Part shown: in pieces, positions 1 through 10,777 of the stretch
Layout of the letters: every line of letters begins with the position of its first letter
How positions within the stretch are numbered: position 1 is the stretch's first letter
Assembly (NCBI RefSeq): GCF_006345805.1
Contig: NW_021832518.1
Span: forward strand, 1 to 30,162
Direction of reading: 5' to 3'
Source: Octopus sinensis
Taxonomy: Eukaryota
Length of the DNA: 30,162 nt
Notes under the pieces: generated by a model
What the model saw: the letters and a program-made list of their open reading frames with translations, nothing else
Told to the model about the DNA's origin: nothing
Databases searched by the model: none
Program-made: the position numbers and the translations under genes

Positions 1-420
1 TATATATATATATACTCCACACCACACATATGTCACAAACCACACACACACACACAATATACACATATACACACTGCATATTCACACCACACCATACACT
101 CCTCACACATACACAAATACATCCACACAATGGTCATGAACAAGAGACAGGGTTTCTATCTACCTCATGAAACACTCACTTTACACACACATACTCTAAT
201 ATATATTCTAATACATGCCCTAATAATACTCTAGTGCTGTCTTAAGACATAAGGACCTCAAGGCAGTTGATTGGGGGCCTTGCGTGTCTAGGGACCTAAT
301 TGTGATCTATGCATTTTGTGGCTTGCTTAAAGTAGGGGCCAATGAACTGATTTGCCTGGGAAGGCCTATAATGCTGCTTAAACAGCCATGAATACATGTC
401 ATCTCATGTAGGTATATAAA

Positions 421-1123
421 ACTGGCATTCTGCCAGTTATGTCAACAGGGGTTCCAGTTGGTTTAATCATTGGAACTGTCTCATCAATAGAACTGTCTCA
501 TCAACAGAACTGTCTGATCAACGGAACCGTCTGATAAAATGAATAATCTGATCAACCGAACTGTCTGATCAACGGAACCGTTTGATCAATGGAACCGTCT
601 GATCAATGGAACTGTCTGATCAACGGAACTGTCTGATAAAATGAATCATCTGATCAATGGAACCGTCTGATTAACGGAACTGTCTGATCAATGGAATCAT
701 CTGATCAATGGAACTGTCTGATCAACGGAACCATCTGATCAACCGAACCGTCTGATCAACGGAACTGTCTGATCAATGGAACCGTCTGATCAACGGAACC
801 GTCTGATCAGTGGAACTGTCTGATCAACGGAACTGTCTGATCAATGGAACCATCTGATCAACGGAACTGTCTGATTAACCGAACTGTCTGATCAATGGAA
901 CCGTCTGATCAACGGAACCATCTGATCAACCAAACCGTCTGATCAATGGAACCGTCTGATTATGAAGTTAATGTACAAGTGGCTGGGTACTCCACAGACA
1001 TGCGTACACTTGAAGTAGTTCTCAGGGAGATTCAGCATGACAAAGAATGTGATAAAGCTGGCCCTTCGGATTACAGGTACAACTCGTATTTGCCAGCTGA
1101 GTGGACTGTGGCAAGGTGAAATA
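421..1123 (-). mobile_element. SINE family A body (head-less copy) interrupted by a minisatellite
   Basis: Collinear similarity with 1124-1442, 18110-18490 and 27415-28112 (e.g. AAGTGGCTGRGYACTCCACAGACA, GTAGTTCTCAGGGAGATTCAGC). It abuts a second copy in tandem. Confidence 0.8.
466..960. repeat. 17-bp minisatellite, about 29 copies (ATCAACGGAACTGTCTG)
   Basis: Direct reading of the repeat units. The unit matches the single GATCCGAATCAACGGAACAG segment of SINE A at about 18153-18172. Confidence 0.95.
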
Positions 1124-1442
1124 ACTGGTAATCTGTCAATTACAATGACAGGTGTTCCACTTCATCCAATCAATTGAATAGGCTGCTGATGAAATTAACA
1201 TGCAAGTGGTTGAGCACTCCACAGACATGCATACTCTTAATGTAGTTCTGAAGGAGATTCAGCATGGCACAGAATGTGACAAAACTGGTGCCCTTTGAAT
1301 TACTCATGCAACTCATTTTTGCCATCTGAGTGGACTGAGGCACAGCGTGAAATAAAGTGTCTTGATCAAGGACTCAATACACCATTGAGAATTGAACTCA
1401 CAACCTTGTGATCAGTAGCCGAATACCCTAACCATTAAGCTT
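1124..1442 (-). mobile_element. tRNA-derived SINE family A, near full length
   Basis: The minus strand starts GCTTAATGGTTAGGGTATTCGG (A-box-like), then GAGTTCAATTC (B-box-like) and CORE-like TCCTTGATCAAGACACTT, followed by the family A body. Confidence 0.8.
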
Positions 1443-1536
1443 GTGTCAGGGCTGACAGACGTGAGACTAACAACTACAACAGCAGCAACAACAGGAACCA
1501 CCACCACCACCACTATCATTAATATCAGTTTCAATA

Positions 1537-1757
1537 TGGCGAGCTGGCAGAATCGTTTGCATGCTGGGTGAAATGCTTAGTGGTATTTTGCTCATCGCTA
1601 CATTCTGAGTTCAAATTCCACCAAGGACAACTTTACCTTTCATCCTTTTGGGGGGGTCAATGAATTAAGTGCCAGTTGAGTACTGGGGTCGATGTAATCA
1701 ACACATGCCCACCTCCCCCGAATTCCAGGCCTTGCGCCTGTAATAGAAAGGATTATT
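1537..1757 (+). mobile_element. tRNA-derived SINE family B
   Basis: GGCGAGCTGGCAGAA head, B-box GAGTTCAAATTCC and central CCTTTCATCCTTT..GGGGTC..ATTAAGT.CCAG. Homologous to 21095-21325. Confidence 0.85.
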
Positions 1758-1764
1758 GATATCA

Positions 1765-1950
1765 GTTTCAAATTTCAGCACAGGACCAGCAATTTCAAAG
1801 GAGGGATCAAGTCACTTACATTGACCCCCCAGTACTCGACTGGTGTTTATTTTGTCGACCTCGAAAGGATACAAGCAGAGTTGACCTTAGTGGCATTTGA
1901 ACTCAGAATGTAAAAATGGACAAAAAGCTCAGCAGCATTTTTCCCAACTC
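1765..1950 (-). mobile_element. SINE family B, diverged, tail-to-tail with the previous copy
   Basis: Reverse-complement similarity (GAAAGGAT, TTTGAACTCAGAATGTAA). Confidence 0.75.
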
Positions 1951-1957
1951 CATAACT

Positions 1958-2196
1958 ATTCTTATTTCTTAATTGTCCACAAGGGGCTAAACACAGAGGG
2001 GACAAACAAGGACAGACAAAGGGATTAAGTCGATTACATCGACCCCCAGTACATAACTGGTACTTAATTTATCGACCCCGAAAGGATGAAAGGCACAGTT
2101 GGCCTTGGCGGAATTTGAACTCAGAATGTAACGGCAGACAAAATACCACTAAGCATTTCGCCCTGTGTGCTAACGGTTCTGCCAGCTCACCTCCTT
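1958..2196 (-). mobile_element. SINE family B, full length
   Basis: High reverse-complement identity to 21095-21325 over the whole length. Confidence 0.9.
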
Positions 2197-2200
2197 ACTC

Positions 2201-2337
2201 ATAATAAGCAATTGGTTTCAAATTTTGACACAAGGCCAGCAATTTTAGGGAGGTGATTAAGACAATTACATCAACCCCAGTGTGTAACTGGTACTTAGTT
2301 AATCGACCAACAAAAGGATGAAAGTCAAAGTCAAACT
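2201..2337 (-). mobile_element. SINE family B, 3' fragment
   Basis: TTACATCAACCCCAGT..AACTGGTACTTA..AAGGATGAAAG matches the other B copies. Confidence 0.7.
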
Positions 2338-2448
2338 TTGCTTAAACATATGTCATTTTAAACCCACTTTTACCTCTGGAAAGGGATGGTCCCTATTTGT
2401 CGACCTCAGGCCTGGCCAATTCAAATTACATTGCGGGCCACTTTAATC

Positions 2449-2585
2449 CAGGGCTGTGGAGTCAAAACGAAAACTTTGACTCCAACTCTGACTCTTCTAC
2501 GTAATTAAGTGATTGTGGTCTGTTTTACTGACTCAAGCTACTCCTTAATTGTCTCTGATTCCGACTCCACGACTCCACGGCCCTG
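2449..2585. mobile_element. 137-bp hAT-type MITE with 8-bp TSD
   Basis: TIRs CAGGGCTGTGGAGTC / GACTCCACGGCCCTG (14/15). Exact flanking direct repeat CTTTAATC at 2441-2448 and 2586-2593. Confidence 0.9.
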
Positions 2586-2629
2586 CTTTAATCACAGAAA
2601 GTTTTTTGAGGGCCGCTTGTTCTTTCACT

Positions 2630-2801
2630 TTATATATACACATATACAATGGACTTCTTTCTGTTTCCGTCTACCAAATCCACCGATAAGGCTTTGGTTG
2701 CCCCAAGGCTATAGTAGAAGACACTTGCCTCAAGGTGCCACGCTGTGAGACTGAACCCAGAACCATGTGGTTGGGAAGCAAGCTACTTACCACACAACCA
2801 C
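2630..2801 (-). mobile_element. SINE family C, 5' part (tRNA-like head plus CORE-like region)
   Basis: Minus strand GTGGTTGTGTGGTAAG...GGTTCAGTCTC...CCTTGAGGCAAGTGTCTT. Matches 5075-5236 and 25808-25960. Confidence 0.85.
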
Positions 2802-2844
2802 ACATATATATTTACATACATACATACATATATATATATATATA

Positions 2845-3105
2845 TCGTCGTCGTCATCGTCATTTAACGTCCGTTCTCCATTTTAGCATGGGTTGGACGG
2901 TTCGACCGGGAATCTGGGAAGCCAGAAGGCTGCACCAGGCTCCAGTCTGATCTGGCAGTGTTTCTACAGCTGGATGCCCTTCCTAACGCCAACCACTCCG
3001 TGAGTGTAGTGGGTGCTTTTTACGTGCCATCGGCACAGAAGCCAGTCAAGGCGGCGCTGGCATCGGCCACATTAGGATGGTGCTTTTTATGTTCCACCGG
3101 CCCAG
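2845..3105 (-). mobile_element. Retroposon family D, (GAT)n-tailed, probably RTE-related and non-autonomous
   Basis: Near identical to 7096-7300. The minus strand has GGCGTTAGGAAGGGCATCCAGCTGTAGAAAC and ends in GACGTTAAA followed by a (GAT/GAC)n tail. Confidence 0.75.
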
Positions 3106-3396
3106 GGATCACAACTAGTTTCCATTGATTTTTGGATAAAATTAACTCATTAAGCTAATGTTTGGAATATAAATTAACATTTAAAAGATTTTAATTTAGA
3201 TCACAGAAAATATATATAGAAGCTACCTCAGGTAAGTTGGTACCAAAAAGAGTTATATATTAATAATAAACTTTTAAAATATCTACTAAGTTACTATAAC
3301 AAAGCTCATCATTCCTAATACAGTTTATATATATATATATAGTATATAATATATATATATTAATATATATTATATCTATATATATATATATATATA

Positions 3397-3430
<34 letters not shown>

Positions 3431-3629
3431 TGTATGTGTGTATGTATAGCATATATTGTATATGTTTGTTCTCAAACTCATGCACACACACACACACACA
3501 TGCACGCACACCACACACACACAGAGTCAGTCACATGAACATATATATTGATCACTCGTCATTCATACTGAGACAGAGTCTTAGCCATCAGATGTTGTTG
3601 ACTCATTAAAGCTGCTGCTGCTGCTGTCA

Positions 3630-3857
3630 TTGCTCTGTCTGTCTATCTGTCTATCTATCACTCTGCCTGTCTGTCTGTCTGTCTATCTATCTGTCTATCT
3701 ATCTGTCCGTCTGTCTGTCTGTCTGTCTATCTGTCTATCTATCTATCTGTCCGTCTGTCTGTCTGTCTGTCTATCTGTCTGTCTGTCTATCTATCTGTCT
3801 GTCTGTCTGTCTGTCTATCTGTCTGTCTGTCTGTCTATCTATCTGTCTGTCTGTCTA

Positions 3858-3932
<75 letters not shown>

Positions 3933-4093
3933 GTCCGTCTGTCTGTCTGTCTGTCTATCTGTCTGTCTGTCTATCTATCTGTCTGTCTGTCTGTCTGTCT
4001 ATCTGTCTGTCTGTCTGTCTATCTATCTGTCCGTCTGTCTGTCTGTCTGTCTATCTGTCTGTCTGTCTGTCTATCTATCTGTCTGTCTGTCTA

Positions 4094-4161
<68 letters not shown>

Positions 4162-4468
4162 CTTATCACTCTGCCTGTCTGTGTTGACCTTACTTAATTT
4201 ACAGGGAAATAGATATTTACAAACATACACGTATATACTCCCATATAACCATCCATCCATCCATACATACATACATGCATGCATACATCCATCCATCCAT
4301 ACATACATACATACATACATACATACATACATACATACAGACATACATACATACATACATACATACAGACATGCATGCATACATCCATCCATACATACAT
4401 CCATCCATACATACATACATACATACATACATACAGACATACATACATACATACAGACATACATACAT
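3630..4468. repeat. Compound (TCTG/TCTA)n followed by (CATA/CATC)n microsatellites
   Basis: Direct reading. Confidence 0.95.
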
Positions 4469-4677
4469 ATGATGGAGATACTGAAAAGTTCCTGGCTTTG
4501 GAGTTTAAAAAATACAGGAGAATCAGTTGATTATGGTTTTATTCAACATATTCTCCTCTCAGGTTCACACACTTATTGCAGCAGCCCTTCAGTTTTCCTA
4601 AGCCCTGTAAAAGAACTCGGAAGGTTGGGGCCTCCAACCAGGCCTTTTGCAAAACCCTTAAAGCCAGGACCTTTTTT
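4468..4677 (-). mobile_element. Mariner-derived MITE (deletion derivative)
   Basis: TIR core AAAAGTTCCTGGCTTT / AAAGCCAGGACCTTTT. Minus strand at about 4540-4581 translates CNKCVNLRGEYVE*, like a mariner transposase C-terminus. A second copy lies at 6421-6628. Confidence 0.75.
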
Positions 4678-4825
4678 TTATCCGGTGCTTCAGATCTGTA
4701 AATGTATTCTTGTTTTGCATTTCATATAACAGTATGTATTAATTGCTTATAGCAATTAGCCAAGCTGCAGACCCTGGGAGCTAAAGAATTGCCTGATTTT
4801 CAAACAGAACATTTTGTGGGTCAGC

Positions 4826-5236
4826 TTACTCATTTACTCTTTTACTTGTTTCAGTCATTTGACTGCGGCCATGCTGGAGCACCGCCTTTAATCGAGCAAC
4901 TCGACCGCGGGACTTATGCTTTTGTAAGCCCAGTACTTATTCTATCGGTCTCTTTTGCTGAACCGCTAAGTGGTTAGTGACGTAAACACACCAGCATCGG
5001 TTGTCAAGCAATGCTAGGGGGACAAACACAGACATACAAACATACACGCACACATATATATATACATATATACGACAGGCTTCTTTCAGTTTCCGTCTAC
5101 CAAATCCACTCACAGCACATTGGTCGGCCCGGGGCTATAGCAGAAGACACTTGCCCAAGATGCCACGCAGTGGGACTGAACCCTGAACCATGTGATTGGT
5201 TAGCAAGCTACTTACCACACAGCCACTCCTGTGCCT
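4826..5236 (-). mobile_element. SINE family C, full length
   Basis: Head GGCACAGGAGTGGCTGTGTGGTAAG, B-box-like GGTTCAGTCCC, CORE-like CTTGGGCAAGTGTCTT, internal (TA)(TG) tract and tail GACTGAAACAAGTAAAAGAGTAAA. Confidence 0.9.
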
Positions 5237-5939
5237 TGAGGAAATTGAATTCATAATGTTATGTTCATGAGGTTGCATACCCTGACCACTAAGCTAACAG
5301 AAGAAGAGAACAAGAGAACATCTTTGGGGAGGACTTAAATCTAGGTTATACATGTCCATTTGTACCGTTTATCATAAGGCACTGGGCTATGTTATATCAG
5401 ACTTGCATAACATGCTGGGATTTTCGAAACAAAGAACAAAATAAATTGACTCACGTCGTCCAAATCTGACCGATTACGAAAACAATAAAGATTTGTAAAA
5501 CATTCCTTCCTGTAATTCTTCATTTGAGTTTCCTCGAATGAACCTATGTACACAATGATGTGTGTACATATGAGCACGGTAATGAAAGGGCAATGAAAAC
5601 ACACACACACACACACACACACATGCATACACACATATGCGCAAACACAAACATGAACACGCACACACAAACACACACATACATAGTATAAAGAGCATTG
5701 TACACCTATTGTATAAATACAAGTGTATCCACACACACACACACCTTTGCATTTATGAACAGACTCACACATTCACAAAATGCCAGAAGTGTTGTGACGA
5801 GAACAAAGGAGATTGTTCCTAGGTTAGTGACCAGCGGCTTTGATTCTACAAAGAACTTAAACCTCAAAGACACACACACACACACTCACACACACACACA
5901 CACAAATACACACACACACACACACATTTACATACATAG

Positions 5940-6207
5940 TCATCGTCATCATCATCATCGTCATTTAACGTCCATTCTTCCATGCTGGCATGGGTTGGAT
6001 GGTTTGATAGGAGCTGGCAAGGCTGGGAGCTGCATCAAATTCCATTGTCCATTGTTTTGGAATTGGTTTCTACAGTTTGTTGCCCTTCATAATGTCAACT
6101 ACTTTACAGGGTGTTCTGGGTGCTTTCTTGCATGGCACCAACATCCGTGCTTCTTACGTGGCACCGTCACCAATGCCTTTTAAGTGGTACCAGCACCGGC
6201 AGGGTCA
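5940..6207 (-). mobile_element. Retroposon family D, old diverged copy
   Basis: (CAT)n-TTTAACGTCC..CATGCTGGCATGGGTTGGA..TTTCTACAG..GCCCTTC is collinear with the other D copies. Confidence 0.7.
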
Positions 6208-6420
6208 GCAGATAGATAGGTAGACAGATAGGTAGATAGATAGATAGATACATATAGATAGATAGATAGATAGATAGATAGCTAGATAATAGATAGATAG
6301 ACAGATGGATAGACAGTATACATAATTGCACAGATGCTTGTACAGGCATACATATATAAGTCTACATATGTACATATACACAACTTACATACGTATATTT
6401 ATGTATGTATGTATGTATGG

Positions 6421-6628
6421 AAGTTTTTTCCTGGCTTTGAGTAAAAGAAAATACTGGAGGATCAGTTAATTATGATTTTATTCAACATATTCCCCTCTCA
6501 GATTCATTCACTTTTTGCAGCCGTCCTTCAGTTTTTCTAAGCCCTGTAAATGAACTCTGAAGGTTGGGTTTTGAATGAGGCCTTTTGCAATACTCTTAAA
6601 GCCAGGAATCTTTCAGCCACACCTCGTA
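6421..6628 (-). mobile_element. Mariner-derived MITE, second copy
   Basis: Collinear with 4468-4677. The right end AAAGCCAGGAATCTTTCAGCCACACCTCGTA gives a TACGAGG mariner-type terminus. Confidence 0.75.
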
Positions 6629-6631
6629 GAC

Positions 6632-6669
<38 letters not shown>

Positions 6670-6811
6670 CGATGATAATCTGGTGCTTGACTGAGGATAG
6701 AGGGCTTTGAATGACCTGTCCTTGTTTTTTTGTTTTGTCTATCTGGATGTTTTGTTGTCCCTTTTTGTATCACCTAGCTGTCTGGATGTTTTGCGTTCTT
6801 GTCCCATTTTG

Positions 6812-6856
<45 letters not shown>

Positions 6857-6858
<2 letters not shown>

Positions 6859-7016
6859 TCATCATCATCATCGTTGTTTAACGTCTGCTTTCCATGCTAG
6901 CATGGGTTGGACGATTTTGACTGAGGGCTGGCGAACCAGATGGCTGCACCAGGCTTCAATCTTGATCAGGCAGAGTTTCTACAGCTGGATGCCCTTCCTA
7001 ACGCCAACCACTCCGA
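6857..7016 (-). mobile_element. Retroposon family D, 3' fragment
   Basis: Same (CAT)n tail and CAGCTGGATGCCCTTCCTAACGCCAACC motif as the other copies. Confidence 0.75.
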
Positions 7017-7095
7017 AAAATTACTTGTAAGAGGATGCATGGCATTCAATCATATACTAATATATAGATGCATATATACATATGTATATATACAC

Positions 7096-7470
7096 ATCAT
7101 CATCATCGTTTAACGTCCGTTCTCCATGCTAGCATGGGTTGGACGGTTCGACCGGGGATCTGGGAAGCCAGAAGGCTGCACCAGGCTCCGGTCTTATCTG
7201 GCAAAGTTTCTACAGCTGGATGCCCTTTCTAACGCCAACCACTCCGAGAGTGTAGTGGGTGCTTTTTACGTGCCACCTGCACTGGTGCCAGGCGAGGCTG
7301 GCATCGGCCACAGTCGGATTGGTGCATTTTATGTGCCACCTGCACGGAAGCCAGTCGAGGCGGCACTGGCTTCGGCCACGATTCGGATGGTGCTTTTTAC
7401 GTGCCACCGACACGGAAACCAGTCGAAGCGGCGCTGGCATCGGCCACGATTCGGATAGTGCTTTTTATGT
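7096..7470 (-). mobile_element. Retroposon family D with three internal tandem units of about 63-68 bp
   Basis: Units beginning GTGC(T/A)TTTTAYGTGCCACC at about 7259, 7322 and 7390, plus a partial unit at about 7458. Confidence 0.8.
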
Positions 7471-7502
7471 ATCTCTTTTTACGTATCTTTACACACTTAC
7501 AT

Positions 7503-7870
7503 CTATACATATATATATATATATGCATATGTGGGCACAGGACGTCACGAAACGTGTACACCAACAAAAATACGAAGTACGAGTACATGGAATATGAACT
7601 ATTTTTTCGAACAACAAAAGACACAAACAGAAAACAAGACAAGCAACATAAAAAACGACCCTTCATCAGTTGTCGGCTGTTTTTCTTCTCTCGTGTCACA
7701 GCAGCCAACAAATGATGAGGCTCCCTCTTTATGTTGTTTGTCTTGTTTTCCATTTGTGTCTTTCGTTGTTCGAAAAAATAGTTCATACTCTATTGTACTT
7801 TGTATTTTTTTTTTGGTGTAAACGTTTTGTGATGTCCTGTGCCCACATATGCATATATATATACGTATAG
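7503..7870. repeat. Imperfect fold-back inverted repeat, arms of about 175 bp, spacer of about 20 bp
   Basis: TGCATATGTGGGCACAGGAC...CCTTCATCAGTTGTCGGCTG is mirrored by CAGCCAACAAATGATGAGG...GTCCTGTGCCCACATATGCA. Confidence 0.9.
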
Positions 7871-7954
7871 ACATTAGTATGTACATATACGTATGTATAT
7901 ATGCATATATATTATTTATACTCCTTGTTTCTTTCTGTGTTTCTTTTCTGTGTA

Positions 7955-7992
7955 TCTTTCTGTTGAAGAGCGTAGGCTCGAAACGTAAAAGA
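7955..7992 (+). ncRNA. Minimal type I hammerhead-ribozyme-like motif (A6 mutated)
   Basis: Stem I TCTTT/AAAGA; core CTGTTGA (consensus CUGANGA) plus an extra A; stem II GAG-CGTAGG-CTC; GAAA; palindromic stem III ACGT; cleavage triplet GUA. Confidence 0.65.
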
Positions 7993-8121
7993 CTTGTTTT
8001 ATTTCTATTCCTGAGCGCCATACTAATACAATTGTTTGTTTGTATTCCACCTGCCTTCGTCTTTTGTTTATTTTCATAAAGCTTCCCGTTATATATATAT
8101 ATATTATATATATATACAATT

Positions 8122-8171
8122 TTTGTCAGTGAACAGGTCGCGGTCTTAAAGTGACGAAATATTTTGACAAA
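8122..8171 (+). ncRNA. Degenerate hammerhead-like motif
   Basis: Stem I TTTGTCA/TGACAAA; core position reads GTGAACA (two mismatches); stem II GTCGC/GTGAC; GAAA; palindromic ATAT. Confidence 0.4.
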
Positions 8172-8497
8172 TTAAACTTAAATGTTGATTGAAGTGAATC
8201 GAACGGCTTTTGTTGTGTTTCTTAAATGGTTTACAAACACCTTCCACGCTGCAATGTTTTCGTTTCAGCACACCGTCTCAGATCAGGTCACTTGTTATGC
8301 AAGTACATCTCCGTATTATATATATCTATATATTATATATAATATATATACATACACAAATACAAGCATTACACGCATACACATTGTGCTTTTAGTACAC
8401 CAATGTTGTTTGTGGATGAATGCCACAAACTCACATTGTTCTAAAACCCTTACCCCCACCCTAACGCCAACCTCTCTCTCTCTTTCTTTCTCTCTCC

Positions 8498-8537
<40 letters not shown>

Positions 8538-8611
8538 CTCTGTAAAGAAACCAGATAGATATGTATTGATGAAGAAGTACACGCATCACATCGAAGAGAC
8601 ACACATGGAAC

Positions 8612-10560
8612 ATGATGATGATGATGATGGTGACGGTGGTAGTGGTGGTTATGGTTGTGGTGGTGGTGGTGTTGATGGTGATGACGATGATAAAGGGGTG
8701 AGGGCAATGATGATGGTGGTTGTGATGATGAGAATGGGGGCACAGGCGATGATAATGATGGTGGTGGCGGTGGTGGTGATGACGCTGACAACGGAGGCGG
8801 CAGGGGAGGTAATGATGATTTCGATGATGATGGTAGTGGTGATGGTGGTGGTGATGACAATGATGATGATAACGAAGCAAGGGGGTCGATGATGATGACA
8901 ATAATTGTAATTGTGATGGTGGTGGTGGTGGTGGTGGTGATGAGGAAGAGGCCGATGATGGTGCCGATGACAACAACGATGAAGATGGGCAACAGCGATG
9001 GTGGTGGTGATGGTGATGATGGTAGTAGAAGTGGTGGTGGTGGTGGTGGCGGTGGTGGCGGTATTGACAGCGATGGTGGTGGTAGTGATGCCGAAGGTGG
9101 CAGTGATGTCAGTGGCAGTGGTGGCATGATGGTGATGAAAATGGCAGTCAAGACGGTGGTATGTTGTATAATGTATGATGGTAGTGCCAGATGGGTGGGT
9201 GGTTGGGTGGATGGTGCAGTGTAGGTGTTATGTGAAGGTGGCACTGGCAGTAGTAGTAGTGATAGTAGTAGTTGTAGTAGTGGTGGTGGCAGCAATGGTT
9301 GTGTTGGTGAAGGCAGTAGTAGTGGTAGTTGTAGTAGTAGTAGTGGTGGTGGTGGTGTGCTTGTAGTAGTAGTAGTAGTAGTAGTAGTAGCAATAGTAGT
9401 GGTGGTGGTGGTGGTGGCAATGGTCATATTGGCGAAGGCAGTGGTGGTAGTAGTGGTGGTGGCGGCAATGGTTGTGTTGGTGAAGGCAGTAGTAGTAGTG
9501 GTGGTGGTGGTGCTTGTAGTAGTAGTAGTAGCAGCAATAGTAGTAGTGGTGGTGGTGGTGGTGCTTGTAGTAGTAGTGGTGGTAATAGTGGTGGTGGTGG
9601 TGGCAATGGTCAGATTGGTGAAGGCAGGCAGTAGTGTAGTGGTGGTGGTGGTGGTAAGACATTGCTCATGGGAAAGTGAAAGTAACCGGGCCTCAGGTAA
9701 ACGTTTCATGTTGTATAGACAGGATCCCATTGTGCAGTATAGGTGGTAGTATCTATGCTGGTTGTGCATTTTTGTTGGAGATAGCGTGAGCTGTAGTTGT
9801 CGTTGTTGTTGTTGGTGGTGGTAGTGGTGGTGATGATGATGATGATTGTGATGACGTATGTGCGTTGTAGTAGTAGTGGTAGTTTAGTCTTGGTCATGTA
9901 ATGTTGGTAACAGTATGTGTTGTAGTGGTTGTTGGTAGTGTTGTATGTGTGTCTTTTGCAGTAGAAGTGGTAGTGGTGGTGGTGGTGGTGGTGGTTTTGG
10001 TAGCAGTGATGATAGAAGTAGTAGTAGTAGTGGTGGTGGTGGTGGTGGTTGTGGTGATGGTAGTAGTAGTAGTGGTGGTGGTTTTGGTAGTAGTGATGAT
10101 AGAAGTAGTAGTAGTAGTGGTGGTGGTGGTGGTGATGGTATTGATAATAGTGGTGATGGTTGTAGCAGTAGTAGCGGTGGTGGTTTTGATCGTGCTGAAG
10201 GTAGTAGTAGTAGTAGTAGTTGGTCATGTACCAGTGTTGACAATAGTATGTGTTGTAGTGGTGGTTGGTGGTGGTAGTTGTGTATGTGTGTATGTATGTG
10301 CGTGTTGTAGCAGTAGTAGTAGTGGTAGTAGTAATAGTAGTGGTTGTGCTTGTAGTAGTAGTAGAGTAGCAATAGTAGTAGTGTGTGTGTGTGTGCGTTT
10401 GTGTTGTAGTAGTAGTAGTGGTGGTGGTGGTGGTGGTGGTAGTGTCGATCATGTACAGTGTTGGTAACAGTATGCGTGGTAGTTGTAGTGGCGAGTGTTG
10501 TGTATGTTGCAGTAGTAACTGTAGTCTTGCTCACGTATAGGGTTAATAATTGTGATAGTG
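8612..10560. repeat. About 2-kb mosaic trinucleotide array (TGG/TAG/TGA/TTG)n with embedded higher-order units
   Basis: Direct reading. A unit resembling GCAATGGT(TGTG)TTGGTGAAGGCAG recurs four times in 9290-9630, and GTTTTGGTAGYAGTGATGATAGAAG recurs twice. Confidence 0.9.
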
Positions 10561-10701
10561 CGTGTATATGCATGTGTGCGTATAGGCATGTTTGTGTGTG
10601 TGTATATGTCTCCGTGTGTATGTGTGTGGGTGTATGTTTGTATGTGCGTGCATGTGTATGTGTATGATTATATATATGCATGTTTATGTGTGTGAGTGTG
10701 T

Positions 10702-10738
<37 letters not shown>

Positions 10739-10742
10739 TATA

Positions 10743-10769
<27 letters not shown>

Positions 10770-10777
<8 letters not shown>

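Noticed and set aside
231-390. Possible decayed hAT MITE (GCTGTCTTAAG ... CTTAAACAGC)
   Set aside because: The TIR match is short and imperfect and no TSD is visible.
466-960. CRISPR-like regular array
   Set aside because: The units are contiguous with no unique spacers, the context is eukaryotic and there are no cas genes.
3130-3258. Possible end of a TTAA/piggyBac-like MITE (GGTACCAAAAAGAGTTA)
   Set aside because: Only one degenerate terminus and no second copy in the window.
4753-4815. Possible 63-nt coding exon (QLAKLQTLGAKELPDFQTEHF) between TAG and GTGGGT
   Set aside because: Too short to exceed chance, no recognisable homology and no partner exons.
8450-9769. 439-aa Thr/Pro/Ser-rich mucin-like ORF on the minus strand with repeated AFTNxT units
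   Set aside because: It arises from stop-poor trinucleotide repeats, overlapping ORFs are open in most frames, the repeat register shifts frame near 9358, and there is no signal peptide or splice support.
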